From: an uncultured archaeon
GTDB lineage: Archaea; Asgardarchaeota; Lokiarchaeia; Sigyniarchaeales; SOKP01
NCBI GenBank assembly: GCA_964508365.1
Contig: CAZDTP010000015.1
Coordinates: 5,285-68,138 of the forward strand
Direction: 5' to 3'
DNA: 62,854 nt
Shown: positions 17,355-27,372 of the stretch, piece after piece
Numbering within the stretch: position 1 is the first letter of the stretch
Layout of the letters: each line of letters starts with the position of its first letter
Notes under the pieces: generated by a model
What the model was told of the DNA's origin: nothing
Database searches by the model: none
What the model saw: the letters and a program-made list of their open reading frames with translations, nothing else
Made by a program: the position numbers and the translations under genes

Positions 17355-19634
17355 TTATTCTTTATGAGCCTTCATTTTTACAGTTAAATCTCGAGCGCGT
17401 TTAGAATACCAAATTAGTAATTCTCCTGCATCATCTGGTTTGAAATACTCTCCACCACACAATGCAGCAGCTCTTGTCATCATTCCATCATCTGGATTTC
17501 CAAGACCGACTATATATATTACAACATTAGGATTTTCTGCGAAAATTTTAATTGTTTTGAGAAATTCATCTCCATCTGTTGGAATTCCATCTGTTAGGAG
17601 AATAATCATAGTAGGTTGGGGATTTCCAAGGCTAAGCTTATCAAATTCACTCAATACTTGATGTGCCTTGATCATTGCTTGTCCCATATTGGTCGATTGT
17701 CCATATGCATTTCCTATGCGATCTACTATCAAGCGTGCTGCTTCTTCTAATACTCCCTTCTTGCCACTAGCAGAATCCATATAATAGCTGTTTCCAAAAG
17801 GTAATATCTGAGCTTCGTCTGCAAATCTAATCACAGAAACTTTTTCTCCAAATCCACGTCCAACCTTTTCACTTAAGAATAGAACAGCTGCAAAAGCAGC
17901 AGATATTCTCCTTGGAATGTTGATACCTGCTTTAAAATGTTTTAAGAATTCTTGAATTTCCTTAGATTCCATTGCTGCTTTGATACCTTCAATAGCAGGC
18001 GCTATATTTTGAACGAGGACATCCCTAGCCATCATCGAACGGCTAATATCTATTATCAAAATAGCGTTAAAAGGGACTAACCCTGTTGGGCTTAGATTGA
18101 TTGCTGTATTTTCTGTAACTTGAGCTAAAATATCTCCTGTTAAATCTGGAGTAGTCGTTATAATTGAACATGCGATATTTACTGCGTTCCATCTAAGTTT
18201 AATTCCTTTAAAAATTACATAGTTTGCTAGCCAACCTTTCAAAGAATCTACATTTTGTCGAGCGGTGCTAATAATTTCCCACATATTTTCACCTGAGATT
18301 GGCGAAATGCCTAACGATATATTCTGCAAGGGAATGATTGGTCGTGGATTGTTATACACTTTTACTTCGAAGCTACCAATCCCTGATGCCTCTAAAATCT
18401 CGCTATCTATAATAATGGTGTTATCGGGAACAGATTCTAAAATCTCTACTTTGCCTGCTCCAATAGCTCCAGTAAGTTCGTCTTCAAACGCAAGTACGCT
18501 ATCGTGGACAATTGTGAGCGTATGCTGCGTTCGAGGGCTTACAAGAGCATAACCCATTAAATTAGGCTGTGATTGCACTTCTAACATAAGTTCAGAGGCT
18601 TTTTGGATAGGAGGTTCAGTAGAGTAAACAACAATTTGTTGACCATAAATGTTAGTATCTTCTTTCGTATCCCTACTCATTCGAATTTCAGTAGGTGTTA
18701 TCATTACTTGATCAATTCTAGCAGAACCTACAGCTCGCGTGAGAGGGTCTTCCCAACCAATAAGCATACCTTGTCCTAAACCTAACTGCTGAATTACCGC
18801 GCTACCTACTTGGACTCGTCCACCTTCAACAGAATCATCTATAATGGGAGTTAAAACTATACCGTTCTTTTGACTACTTAACATATTGACATCAATTCTA
18901 TTAGGATAAGGATCCACAGGAGTTGTTTGAACCTCAACTTCTTGTCCAGTACTGTGAAGAGGAACATGACCCGGGGTAGGTAGGATCGTCTGAGGAGGAG
19001 GAGCTTGTGGTAAGGGTGTTGGTGAAGGCGGTATGGGGGTAGGGCTTAATTGAGGAGTAGGTGTTTGTATAGATTGTGGTGTAGGAGCGGATATAGGAAT
19101 TGGTGTAGGAGGAGGACTTGGAGTAGGGGTTATCTGTGGTGGAGGAATTGGTTCGGGCATTCTAGTGGGAATTGGAATGTGTCCACTAACAGGTTGTTGT
19201 ATAGGTTCTGGTTGTCGAGTAGGAAGAGGTTGCGGGATTGGTTTTGGGGCTTGCATTTGAGTAGGTCTTGTTGGTAACGGTGTTAATGTAGGTTGCGTGG
19301 GTGTTGGAGGAGGGGGCGCAACTGGTTTGATACTAGGGACTTTTGGGATTTGTATCTTGGGCGTAAGTAACCCCGTACTACTCATTGGTCGAAGTAATAA
19401 TTCCACACCCTTAAATTCAAGAAAGTCGACTATATTTTTTGATACTTGACCAGCAAAATCTAATACCATATTCGAAATTTCAACTACAGCAGTCGTCGTT
19501 TTATTATTATCTAAATTTAACACTTCTATAGAATCGCCGTTTTTTATTCCTAGTTTATTGGCATTTTCTTGACAAATAACTATTTTATTTTGCAAACCTT
19601 CTATAATATCCACAAAAATTTTAATTTCAGACAT
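17355..19634 (-). CDS. Multidomain protein: CDC48-N-like double-psi barrel(s), Pro/Thr/Gln-rich linker, C-terminal vWA domain
   Basis: ICQENANKLGIKNGDSIEV (DPBB-like), about 150 aa Pro-rich tract, two further DPBB-like repeats, and MIDAS elements DISRSM, TNMGQAM, LLTDGIPT. Confidence 0.7.
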   Translation of the reverse strand: MSEIKIFVDIIEGLQNKIVICQENANKLGIKNGDSIEVLNLDNNKTTTAVVEISNMVLDFAGQVSKNIVDFLEFKGVELLLRPMSSTGLLTPKIQIPKVPSIKPVAPPPPTPTQPTLTPLPTRPTQMQAPKPIPQPLPTRQPEPIQQPVSGHIPIPTRMPEPIPPPQITPTPSPPPTPIPISAPTPQSIQTPTPQLSPTPIPPSPTPLPQAPPPQTILPTPGHVPLHSTGQEVEVQTTPVDPYPNRIDVNMLSSQKNGIVLTPIIDDSVEGGRVQVGSAVIQQLGLGQGMLIGWEDPLTRAVGSARIDQVMITPTEIRMSRDTKEDTNIYGQQIVVYSTEPPIQKASELMLEVQSQPNLMGYALVSPRTQHTLTIVHDSVLAFEDELTGAIGAGKVEILESVPDNTIIIDSEILEASGIGSFEVKVYNNPRPIIPLQNISLGISPISGENMWEIISTARQNVDSLKGWLANYVIFKGIKLRWNAVNIACSIITTTPDLTGDILAQVTENTAINLSPTGLVPFNAILIIDISRSMMARDVLVQNIAPAIEGIKAAMESKEIQEFLKHFKAGINIPRRISAAFAAVLFLSEKVGRGFGEKVSVIRFADEAQILPFGNSYYMDSASGKKGVLEEAARLIVDRIGNAYGQSTNMGQAMIKAHQVLSEFDKLSLGNPQPTMIILLTDGIPTDGDEFLKTIKIFAENPNVVIYIVGLGNPDDGMMTRAAALCGGEYFKPDDAGELLIWYSKRARDLTVKMKAHKE

Positions 19635-19700
19635 AAATAATCATTTTCATTATGTTTTTTTCATATTAAATATAAATTTTGAAAATTTTGCTCAGTACCA

Positions 19701-20090
19701 CTATTGAATTGGATACCTCCTTCCGATTTCGCCAGCGTAATATCTGAAAACTGTCACGATCTTTCCCAAGTCCTCAATCTTTCTGCTAGCACCCATTAAA
19801 AAGAATCTTCCAGCTCCACTTAAGATAATAAAGGCATTAATTCCCCTTAAAACTACTTCTAATAAATTATTATATCCTAAAGAGTCGATCGCATCATGTC
19901 CACTTTGCATTACTACAGCGCTTAAGCTTGAAAATAAATCGGGGTCAACATCGTAATCCGGTATACATGAAAAAGCAAGTCGTAGACCATCATTAGTAAC
20001 TAATGCAAGTGCTTCTAATTCGGTGTGTTCTGTAATATTTCCAAGAAATTTAGAAAGACTACTGGCTTGGTCTTGAGTTAAATCGCTCAT
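19701..20090 (-). CDS. Roadblock/LC7 (LAMTOR2/MglB-like) domain protein
   Basis: ALALVTNDGLRLA, DLFSSLSAVV, LLEVVLRGINAFIIL pattern; 129 aa. Confidence 0.8.
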   Translation of the reverse strand: MSDLTQDQASSLSKFLGNITEHTELEALALVTNDGLRLAFSCIPDYDVDPDLFSSLSAVVMQSGHDAIDSLGYNNLLEVVLRGINAFIILSGAGRFFLMGASRKIEDLGKIVTVFRYYAGEIGRRYPIQ

Positions 20091-20353
20091 TTGAATAATC
20101 TCTGACTTTTAATTGATGTGATAATTCTTCAATTATTAATATAAAATATAATTTTTGAACTTAAATATTTATATTTATAATATATTAGGGTAAATCGATT
20201 TAAAGTTTAGCTATGTTTAAGATACCATATTTTTAGGATGATCGTTTTATCTAAAACAATCGATTAACTCAAAAATATTATTCTTAATAGATAATTTTGT
20301 CGAAGGACTATAACAAAATTAGGATTTGAATGAATTAGGTAAAAATCTGTAGA

Positions 20354-21202
20354 TTATTTATTTTCCAACTGAGTTTTAATCTGGTCTTTTAGAATTTCCT
20401 TCTTAGATTTGAACTCTACCTTTGCATCCATTGGACCACTTATCCGTTTAAGAAATTCCACAGCTAAAATTTTTCCATTTTCACTTAGCACTCGAGGAGA
20501 GTATTCTTCAGCAAAAAAGACTCCTTCCGGAATAGCTCCAACCTTGGAAATTTCTTTGGAGACTTGTTTTTTACCCAAAAAAGTTTGAACTTTTTCAACG
20601 ACGGAATAGGCATGGTCTCCAATTATAATTAATTCTCTTTCGAAACCGTCTGGAATTTTAATTTCTTCTAATTTTTGCATAATTTCGTCAAAGTTAATGT
20701 GAGAATCTTCTTGAGTATATGCATCAAACGATTCCTTGCCGGTATACAAGGGACCCGTATTTTGAGAAATTCTATCTCTGGAACCCGCAATGTTCATACC
20801 TTGAGCGGGTTCTGGCACTCCGAATGGATCTTTATCTCTCAAAGGATGTATAGCTGGGGTGGTTACTTTTGCGGCTTTGGCTTCCATCTGAATCTCTTTA
20901 GCGATTCCACCTTCGGTTTTTCCACCGATAAGTTTTAAGAAATCTGGATCCTCTTCGCCTTCGTCAAGGGGTACTACTCCAAAATGCATACCAACTTGCC
21001 CGCGTATGTCTTGACTCCTTTTAGCTCCAATAAATTTGGATCTTACATTACTATTTACCCCTTTCCATAAAAACACTTTACGGTACTCGTCAGAGACTAC
21101 TACATAACATTCCTCAGAGCTAAGTATATCTTTAATAGGACCTTCTGATGCAATATTTGTTGTAGTACCATCGGGATTGATTTGAAATAATTGTGTGTGA
21201 AT
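20354..21202 (-). CDS. Gelsolin-domain protein (single gelsolin domain plus uncharacterised C-terminal domain); probable ATT start
   Basis: Frame extends 5' of the ORF call: IHTQLFQINPDG...ILSSEECYVVVSDEYRKVFLWKGVNSNVRSKFIGAKRSQ...LDEGEEDPDF is a gelsolin repeat. AAGGTG lies 8 nt before ATT at 21202; upstream in-frame TAA at 21217-21215. Confidence 0.8.
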   Translation of the reverse strand: MHTQLFQINPDGTTTNIASEGPIKDILSSEECYVVVSDEYRKVFLWKGVNSNVRSKFIGAKRSQDIRGQVGMHFGVVPLDEGEEDPDFLKLIGGKTEGGIAKEIQMEAKAAKVTTPAIHPLRDKDPFGVPEPAQGMNIAGSRDRISQNTGPLYTGKESFDAYTQEDSHINFDEIMQKLEEIKIPDGFERELIIIGDHAYSVVEKVQTFLGKKQVSKEISKVGAIPEGVFFAEEYSPRVLSENGKILAVEFLKRISGPMDAKVEFKSKKEILKDQIKTQLENK

Positions 21203-21379
21203 TTTTTGAACACCTTAACCTTTACACTAAGAATAAAAATTTATACTATTATAATAGAGTAAATGTTAATAAACTTTTATTAAAAAAAAAATAGCTCTAA
21301 AACGGGATAACTTATAACTAGATGAGAGTAATATAATGTTTTTAATTAATTATTCATAAAATAAGAGATGGGAAAAAGT

Positions 21380-22768
21380 TCAATTTTCTAATGTGTATTT
21401 CATTTTTTCGACAGGATTCCAGAGCTCTTCTGCCTTTATAACCCAATCATCAAACAAATCTATGTTTTCAGGAAAATCTTCGTAATGCTTACGGATTGCA
21501 TCCGATATTTTCATGTATTTAAGCATCGTTGACAAAGCCTTCCTAGAAAATTGCCGAGAGATTATTCCCCATAAGAACAAACCAACGATTTTTATCATTC
21601 TTCCAAAGTTCATATCCATCTCAAGATTTTGCCACATTGAAGTGAAATCTCTGCCGCTAAAAATAAAGCTTTTTTTAAATAAATAAGTAACATCTTTTTT
21701 CGTTGTGTTAGCAGCTCCTGGAATTTGGGCAAGTAAAGCAGCAAGTTTTGCTCCTTGATCACGAAAATAAAAAATGTTAATATCCCACATATTTTTCATA
21801 GTTAATGGAAGTTTTTCTTTCAAAAGTCTCTGTATTACATCAACTGCAATCAAACTTGCTGACCACGAGGACTCTATTGCTTCGCCACTGAACGATTTTG
21901 ACATACAAGCACTATCACCTATGCATAAAAATCCGTTCCCTACTAAAGAAAAAGGTGATCTTCGGTACGCTGTAGTTGCCCTGTGCTCCTCAAGAATAGT
22001 ATAGGGAGGAAAAGGTACATCTTTTAGGAAAATTTCAGCAGCTTTTTCAGCATTCTTATATCCTCCTGGCTGGCCTCCTCCAAATATATTAGCGTTAGGT
22101 GTAAAATGTGGGGCAACCCAAGTTTTATAATAAAGCCACGAAATTGATTCTTCATATTTATCGGTACCAGGGTGAGGTTCTTCGGGATTATTCCACTGAA
22201 TCACCCTTTGAATAACATACATTTTTTCGTCATCTTCAATTTTAAACTTCTCAACACCAATATCATCGGGGAGAGAACATCGGACGATGGCGGAAGTACC
22301 AGTAGAATCAACAATTAATTTTCCATAAAATTCTTTAATTTCACCATTTTTTTCAACTCGAACTCCTGTTAACATTCTATCCTTAATTATAACTTCACTA
22401 AACGAAGAAGAGAATTGAAATTCTACCCCTTCTGTTTCAGCCAATTTTGCTAGCCTTTGGATAAAAAATTGAAAACGCATAGCTGTAACTGGATAATTCA
22501 TAAGCTGTTGGTGTTTACCATAAGGACCATAGTAAGAAGTCCATTCGAAATTTGTAATGAATTCGTCAGTTCCTTCAACAGGAGCAGGTATTCCATATTT
22601 ATCGAACACCATAGACTCTAAGTGGAATTGATCCATTTTCGATCCAAGATTCTTTTTAGAATCTCGTTCGACGATTAAAACAGAATGGTTCTTTTTTGCG
22701 AGTAACATTCCAAAATAAATTCCAACTGGTCCAGCACCAACGATAACAACATCATATTGATTCATCAT
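21380..22768 (-). CDS. FAD-dependent oxidoreductase (geranylgeranyl reductase/FixC-like)
   Basis: DVVIVGAGPVG, IVDSTG, IGDSACMSKSFSGEAI. Confidence 0.8.
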   Translation of the reverse strand: MMNQYDVVIVGAGPVGIYFGMLLAKKNHSVLIVERDSKKNLGSKMDQFHLESMVFDKYGIPAPVEGTDEFITNFEWTSYYGPYGKHQQLMNYPVTAMRFQFFIQRLAKLAETEGVEFQFSSSFSEVIIKDRMLTGVRVEKNGEIKEFYGKLIVDSTGTSAIVRCSLPDDIGVEKFKIEDDEKMYVIQRVIQWNNPEEPHPGTDKYEESISWLYYKTWVAPHFTPNANIFGGGQPGGYKNAEKAAEIFLKDVPFPPYTILEEHRATTAYRRSPFSLVGNGFLCIGDSACMSKSFSGEAIESSWSASLIAVDVIQRLLKEKLPLTMKNMWDINIFYFRDQGAKLAALLAQIPGAANTTKKDVTYLFKKSFIFSGRDFTSMWQNLEMDMNFGRMIKIVGLFLWGIISRQFSRKALSTMLKYMKISDAIRKHYEDFPENIDLFDDWVIKAEELWNPVEKMKYTLEN

Positions 22769-22891
22769 ATTTTAGAAAAAAAAAGAGAGAATAAAAATGT
22801 TTTCAAGTTTGGAAAACTAACTTGGAATGAATTTCCCTATGTTTACCCCAATTGAAGATGGAAGAATTATGATATTGCTCCTTTTGATAAA

Positions 22892-24466
22892 TCAGAATTG
22901 TTTTTTTTCTATTAAGCTTTCAATTCCATCGTTTATACTAGTTATAATATCCATTGTCGTAAATCGAGGACCGATTGTTTTTTTGCAATATTCTCCTAAG
23001 TATCCGTTAAGGAAAGCGGCAGAAAATGCAGCTTGATACGGATTGCTTCCAGTTGTTAAAAAACTGGCACATAACCCAGCAAGTACGTCGCCTGTGCCTC
23101 CGATAGACATTTCTGGGCATCCAGTTTTGTTTATTTTAAGCATATTCCCGTTGCTTATATAGTCGAACGGTCCCTTAGCTAATAAAGTAATATCCAGTTT
23201 TTTTGCTATTTTGAAAACTTCTAATCCTCTTTTTTCTATTTTATCATAGGGAGCTAAAGTGGTATCTGTCATCATTTTAAGTTCTCCCTCGTGAGGTGTA
23301 AGTACAATATTTTTTCCTTTAATCAAGTTGAGGTGAGGTTTAACTAGTTTCAAGGCATCAGCATCGATAACTAAAGATTTGTCAGCAAAATTCCTGTTTT
23401 CTAACAATTTAACTAAAAGTTCTTCTGTTTTTGGATCTGTCCCTAAGCCAGGGCCTATAACAATCGCATTTGCCCAATCTATTAACCATAAAATTTCTTC
23501 CAAAGCTTTTATTGTTAAGCATTTTCCTGGACTTGTCTGTACAATCATATTTGGTGAATAACTGCGGATCACATCTCCTACAACTTCTGGAACATAGCTA
23601 ATAACTAAATCACACCCGAAATGAATGCATGCTAAGGACGCATACGCTGGAGCTCCGGAATAATTCTTTGAGCCACCAATAACTAAAACTTTACCGAATT
23701 CTCCTTTATGAGTATTTTTTTTTCTGGATTTTAGGTTCGGTAATAAATCTCCTCTTCCAACAAAAAAATTTGCTTCTTGTGGAATTCCAATAGATTTTTC
23801 AATTATCTGATATGTTTTGGTTTTTTTTAAACCTTTCTTGAATTTATGAAATGTAATGACTAAATCTGCATTAATAGCTTTGTCAAAAATTTCTCCCGTA
23901 TCAGGATCTAATCCAGAAGGTACATCAATTGATACAATTTTAAGACGGTCTCTTAACCTTTCTGTTAAATTGTTCATTGTGTCTATTGTAGAAGATATAG
24001 GTTCTCTTAATTTTCCACTTATTCCGGTTCCTAGTAAAGCATCCACGATCAATGAGATATGCTGATCTTTTTCAATTAGTTTTTCAATTTTAATTGCATC
24101 CGTTGAGTCCTTAATGAAATCAACCTTGATCGAGTATGTAAGGTTGTTATAAACAATATTCCAATTAATTTTAGCCTCTTCGGTTTTTATTTTATCGGGT
24201 GTGCCTACTAAAATAACCAAAACTTTCACACCATAAGAAGAAAGATGCCGAGCTACAACAAAACCATCGCCACCGTTATTACCCGTCCCACAGTATATAG
24301 CTACTTTAGATTTTTCATTTACTAATCCTTGCGCTATTATTTCCGTAGCAAAGGAATATCCTGCGCATTCCATTAAGTGACTCTTAGGGATTCCCAACCA
24401 TTCTGAATTATTGTCTAAAATAGCCAATTCTTCAGAAGAAATTTTATCTGAAATAAATCTCTCCAT
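22892..24466 (-). CDS. nnr: Bifunctional NAD(P)H-hydrate epimerase/dehydratase
   Basis: LMECAG, GTGNNGGDG, DALLGTG, SIDVPSG (epimerase); HKGEFG, GPGLG, DADAL, TPHEGE, GGTGDVLAG (dehydratase). Confidence 0.95.
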   Translation of the reverse strand: MERFISDKISSEELAILDNNSEWLGIPKSHLMECAGYSFATEIIAQGLVNEKSKVAIYCGTGNNGGDGFVVARHLSSYGVKVLVILVGTPDKIKTEEAKINWNIVYNNLTYSIKVDFIKDSTDAIKIEKLIEKDQHISLIVDALLGTGISGKLREPISSTIDTMNNLTERLRDRLKIVSIDVPSGLDPDTGEIFDKAINADLVITFHKFKKGLKKTKTYQIIEKSIGIPQEANFFVGRGDLLPNLKSRKKNTHKGEFGKVLVIGGSKNYSGAPAYASLACIHFGCDLVISYVPEVVGDVIRSYSPNMIVQTSPGKCLTIKALEEILWLIDWANAIVIGPGLGTDPKTEELLVKLLENRNFADKSLVIDADALKLVKPHLNLIKGKNIVLTPHEGELKMMTDTTLAPYDKIEKRGLEVFKIAKKLDITLLAKGPFDYISNGNMLKINKTGCPEMSIGGTGDVLAGLCASFLTTGSNPYQAAFSAAFLNGYLGEYCKKTIGPRFTTMDIITSINDGIESLIEKKQF

Positions 24467-24531
24467 GACAATTAATTTTAAGATAAGCTAAATTAAAAAC
24501 AATTTTAATACAGTAAAATAAATAATATCCT

Positions 24532-25332
24532 ATGAAACTGCATGATAAAAAAGTTCTTTTGGTTACTGGGAGCACTCATGGAATAGGAAAAGCAATCATT
24601 TTAGAACTCGCAAATTTAAACTTTTCTGTAGTGATTAATGGCGCAGCAACGAAAAGCTTAGCAGAGAATTATTACGCTGAACTAAGGAAAATTTATCAAG
24701 ATGAAATTGAGAATAATTTCTTATATGTACAGGCAGATATTAGTAAGAAAGAAGATCGAGAGATATTATTAAATAGAATTAAAAAAAAGTTTAATAGAAT
24801 CGATGTTCTAGTAAATAATGCAGGAGTTGCACCTAAAATAAGACGAGATATTTTAGAAACATCTGAAGAATCTTATGATCGTGTAATGTCAATTAATCTC
24901 AAGGGACCTTATTTTCTAACTCAAGCTATTTCTAAATGGATGATCCAATTGCGAGAAGAGTTAAAAGATACTTATCAACCCTATATCATTAATATATCTT
25001 CTATAAATCACTATACAGCATCTGTAAACAGAGGAGAATACTGTCTCTCAAAATCAGCGATGAACATGATGACAAAATTATTTGGAGAAAGGCTTGCTGA
25101 GTATGGAATACCTGTGTTTGAAATATCCCCCGGAATAATTGATACACCAATGACAGAGGATGTCCATCATAAATATGATGTCTTAATCAAGGAGGGTCTC
25201 ACGCCGATAAGGAGATGGGGGCAACCTATTGATATTGCAAAACCCGTTATTGCTATAGTCTCTGGACTCTTACCATTTTCAACGGGTTCGGTAATCGATA
25301 TCGATGGGGGATTCCACTTACATAGAATCTGA
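24532..25332 (+). CDS. Short-chain dehydrogenase/reductase (PRK12745-like '3-ketoacyl-ACP reductase' subfamily)
   Basis: TGSTHGIG, NNAGVAPKIRRD, NRGEYCLSK (YxxxK), DGGFHL. Confidence 0.85.
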   Translation: MKLHDKKVLLVTGSTHGIGKAIILELANLNFSVVINGAATKSLAENYYAELRKIYQDEIENNFLYVQADISKKEDREILLNRIKKKFNRIDVLVNNAGVAPKIRRDILETSEESYDRVMSINLKGPYFLTQAISKWMIQLREELKDTYQPYIINISSINHYTASVNRGEYCLSKSAMNMMTKLFGERLAEYGIPVFEISPGIIDTPMTEDVHHKYDVLIKEGLTPIRRWGQPIDIAKPVIAIVSGLLPFSTGSVIDIDGGFHLHRI

Positions 25333-27363
25333 GTGAGGAAAATGGAAAACATTAATTTAGGTATATTAGATGGTGAAGTATTAGAATACAACACAGTTAT
25401 TATAGGATCTGGAGCAGCAGGATTAAATTGTGCCATCCATTTAGTAGAAGAAGGGATAGCTCCTTGGCAAGTAGCACTTGTAACGGAAAAATTAGGAAGC
25501 GGAACATCCTTTAACGCTGGTTCTGATAAACAAACTTATTATAAAATGTCGATCATCGGAGATCAAGCCGATTCTCCTCTCGAAATGGCAAAAGATTTAT
25601 TTTCCGGTGGAGCTATGCACGGTGATATCGCTTTGGTTGAATCTACAAATTCTATTCGAGAATTTTTCCATTTAATTCATCTTGGTGTACCATTTCCTCA
25701 CGATAAATATGGTGGATTCGTAGGATATAAGACTGATAACGATCCCAAGCAACGAGCTACATCCATAGGCCCATACACATCACAGGAAATGTGTAAAAGA
25801 TTATTAGAAGTTGTAGATGAACTAGGAATTCATGTAATTGACAATTCTTATGCTGTTAAATTGTTAGTAGACGAAAAATCAGAAACTGAAGTAATTGGTT
25901 TGATTTGTATAGATATCAAATCATCTTCCAATAAGGAAGATTTAAAAGATTATATTAAATCGATTAAAATCTTCAAAACTAGAAATATTGTTATGGCTAC
26001 TGGAGGACCTTCCTTGTTATATAGAAATTCGGTGTATCCCACTTCACAGAAGGGAAGCACCTCTTTAGCAATAGAGGCGGGTTGTATATTACAAAATTTA
26101 ACTGAATCTCAATTCGGACTCGCTTCTACTCAGTTTCGGTGGAATGTTTCTGGATCATATCAACAAGTAATCCCACGTTACATATCTATTGGAAAAAATG
26201 GTGATTCTCGCGAATTCCTCAACGATTATTTTCCTTCTTTTAGAGAATTATCGAGAGCTACTTTTCTGAAAGGGTATCAGTGGCCTTTTAACTCAGATCG
26301 AGTTCAGACTTTAGGTTCTTCTCTAATCGATCTTGCTGTCTATTTTGAAACTGAAATAACGGAACGGAATGTATTTTTAGATTTTACAAGGAATCCTCAC
26401 GGATATGAATTTTCGAACATGGATCCAATTGCAAAACAATACCTCGAAAATTCTAAATCTGAAGAGGAATTACCATATAAAAGATTAAAATCTCTCAACA
26501 AAAGCGCTTTTTTGCATTATAAAAACCGTGGTATTGACTTGTCTAAAGATCCATTACAGATTGCTGTGTGCAACCAGCATTTAAATGGCGGCGTATCGTG
26601 TGATATATGGTGGGAATCGAATGTAAAACATCTATTTGTTATAGGAGAAATAAACGGAAGTCACGGAATTCATAGACCTGGTGGTGCTGCGTTAAATTCA
26701 GGTCAAGTGGGAGGTCTAAGAGCCGCTCAGAAGATTGCTAAATCCTACAATAATACACTTTCACTAAGTAACGAAGAATTTTATTTAATAATAGAGGAAC
26801 AGTTAAGCGTTTTCTTAGAAATTATAGCTATTTGTTTTGAGAAGTTAAAGAGTGATGATGGATTCTCTCCTGATGCAATTATTAAGATAATTCAAGATCG
26901 CATGGAAAAATATGCAGGAATAATTAGACCTGATGAGGGTTTAGAAGGAGAACTCAACAACATAATACTGCAAATGAAAAACCTGAATAATATAATTGCC
27001 CTTAAAAACAGTAAAGAAATAATTAATTATTTTCAAATAAGAGACTCTCTATTAACGCAACTATTATTCTTCTCTTCATTACTCGATTATCACCAGCGGT
27101 CTGGACAAAGTCGAGGTTCATTTTTAATCAATAGAAAAAGTCTTAACATTGAAACTCAAGAAAAACTCCTTTCTCTTCCAGCAAAATTATCTTCTCTTAA
27201 TTATATTAGAAGTAGTTTGGATTTGGCAGATCAAATCCAAACAATCTGCTTAAAAAATGGTAAAATAGAAGTAGAATGGGTGAAGGTTCGAAAAATCCCT
27301 GATTTTAATAATTGGTTTGAAAAGGTTTGGAAAGATTATAACCAGGGTAAAATAATTTCTTAG
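25333..27363 (+). CDS. FAD-binding protein of the succinate dehydrogenase/fumarate reductase flavoprotein superfamily
   Basis: IIGSGAAG, GSDKQTYYK, ATGG, NQHLNGG, GEINGSHG, GGAALNSGQVGG, SRGSF. No Fe-S or membrane subunits are adjacent. Confidence 0.8.
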   Translation: MRKMENINLGILDGEVLEYNTVIIGSGAAGLNCAIHLVEEGIAPWQVALVTEKLGSGTSFNAGSDKQTYYKMSIIGDQADSPLEMAKDLFSGGAMHGDIALVESTNSIREFFHLIHLGVPFPHDKYGGFVGYKTDNDPKQRATSIGPYTSQEMCKRLLEVVDELGIHVIDNSYAVKLLVDEKSETEVIGLICIDIKSSSNKEDLKDYIKSIKIFKTRNIVMATGGPSLLYRNSVYPTSQKGSTSLAIEAGCILQNLTESQFGLASTQFRWNVSGSYQQVIPRYISIGKNGDSREFLNDYFPSFRELSRATFLKGYQWPFNSDRVQTLGSSLIDLAVYFETEITERNVFLDFTRNPHGYEFSNMDPIAKQYLENSKSEEELPYKRLKSLNKSAFLHYKNRGIDLSKDPLQIAVCNQHLNGGVSCDIWWESNVKHLFVIGEINGSHGIHRPGGAALNSGQVGGLRAAQKIAKSYNNTLSLSNEEFYLIIEEQLSVFLEIIAICFEKLKSDDGFSPDAIIKIIQDRMEKYAGIIRPDEGLEGELNNIILQMKNLNNIIALKNSKEIINYFQIRDSLLTQLLFFSSLLDYHQRSGQSRGSFLINRKSLNIETQEKLLSLPAKLSSLNYIRSSLDLADQIQTICLKNGKIEVEWVKVRKIPDFNNWFEKVWKDYNQGKIIS

Positions 27364-27372
27364 GAATTTAAA

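Noticed and set aside
19050-19277. Arg/Trp/Gly-rich ORF
   Set aside because: It is the antisense of the Pro-rich tract of the vWA protein.
18950-19350. Pro-rich tract as a formin/WASP-like profilin-binding region
   Set aside because: There are no long uninterrupted poly-Pro runs and no FH2 or WH2 domain; kept only as a generic linker.
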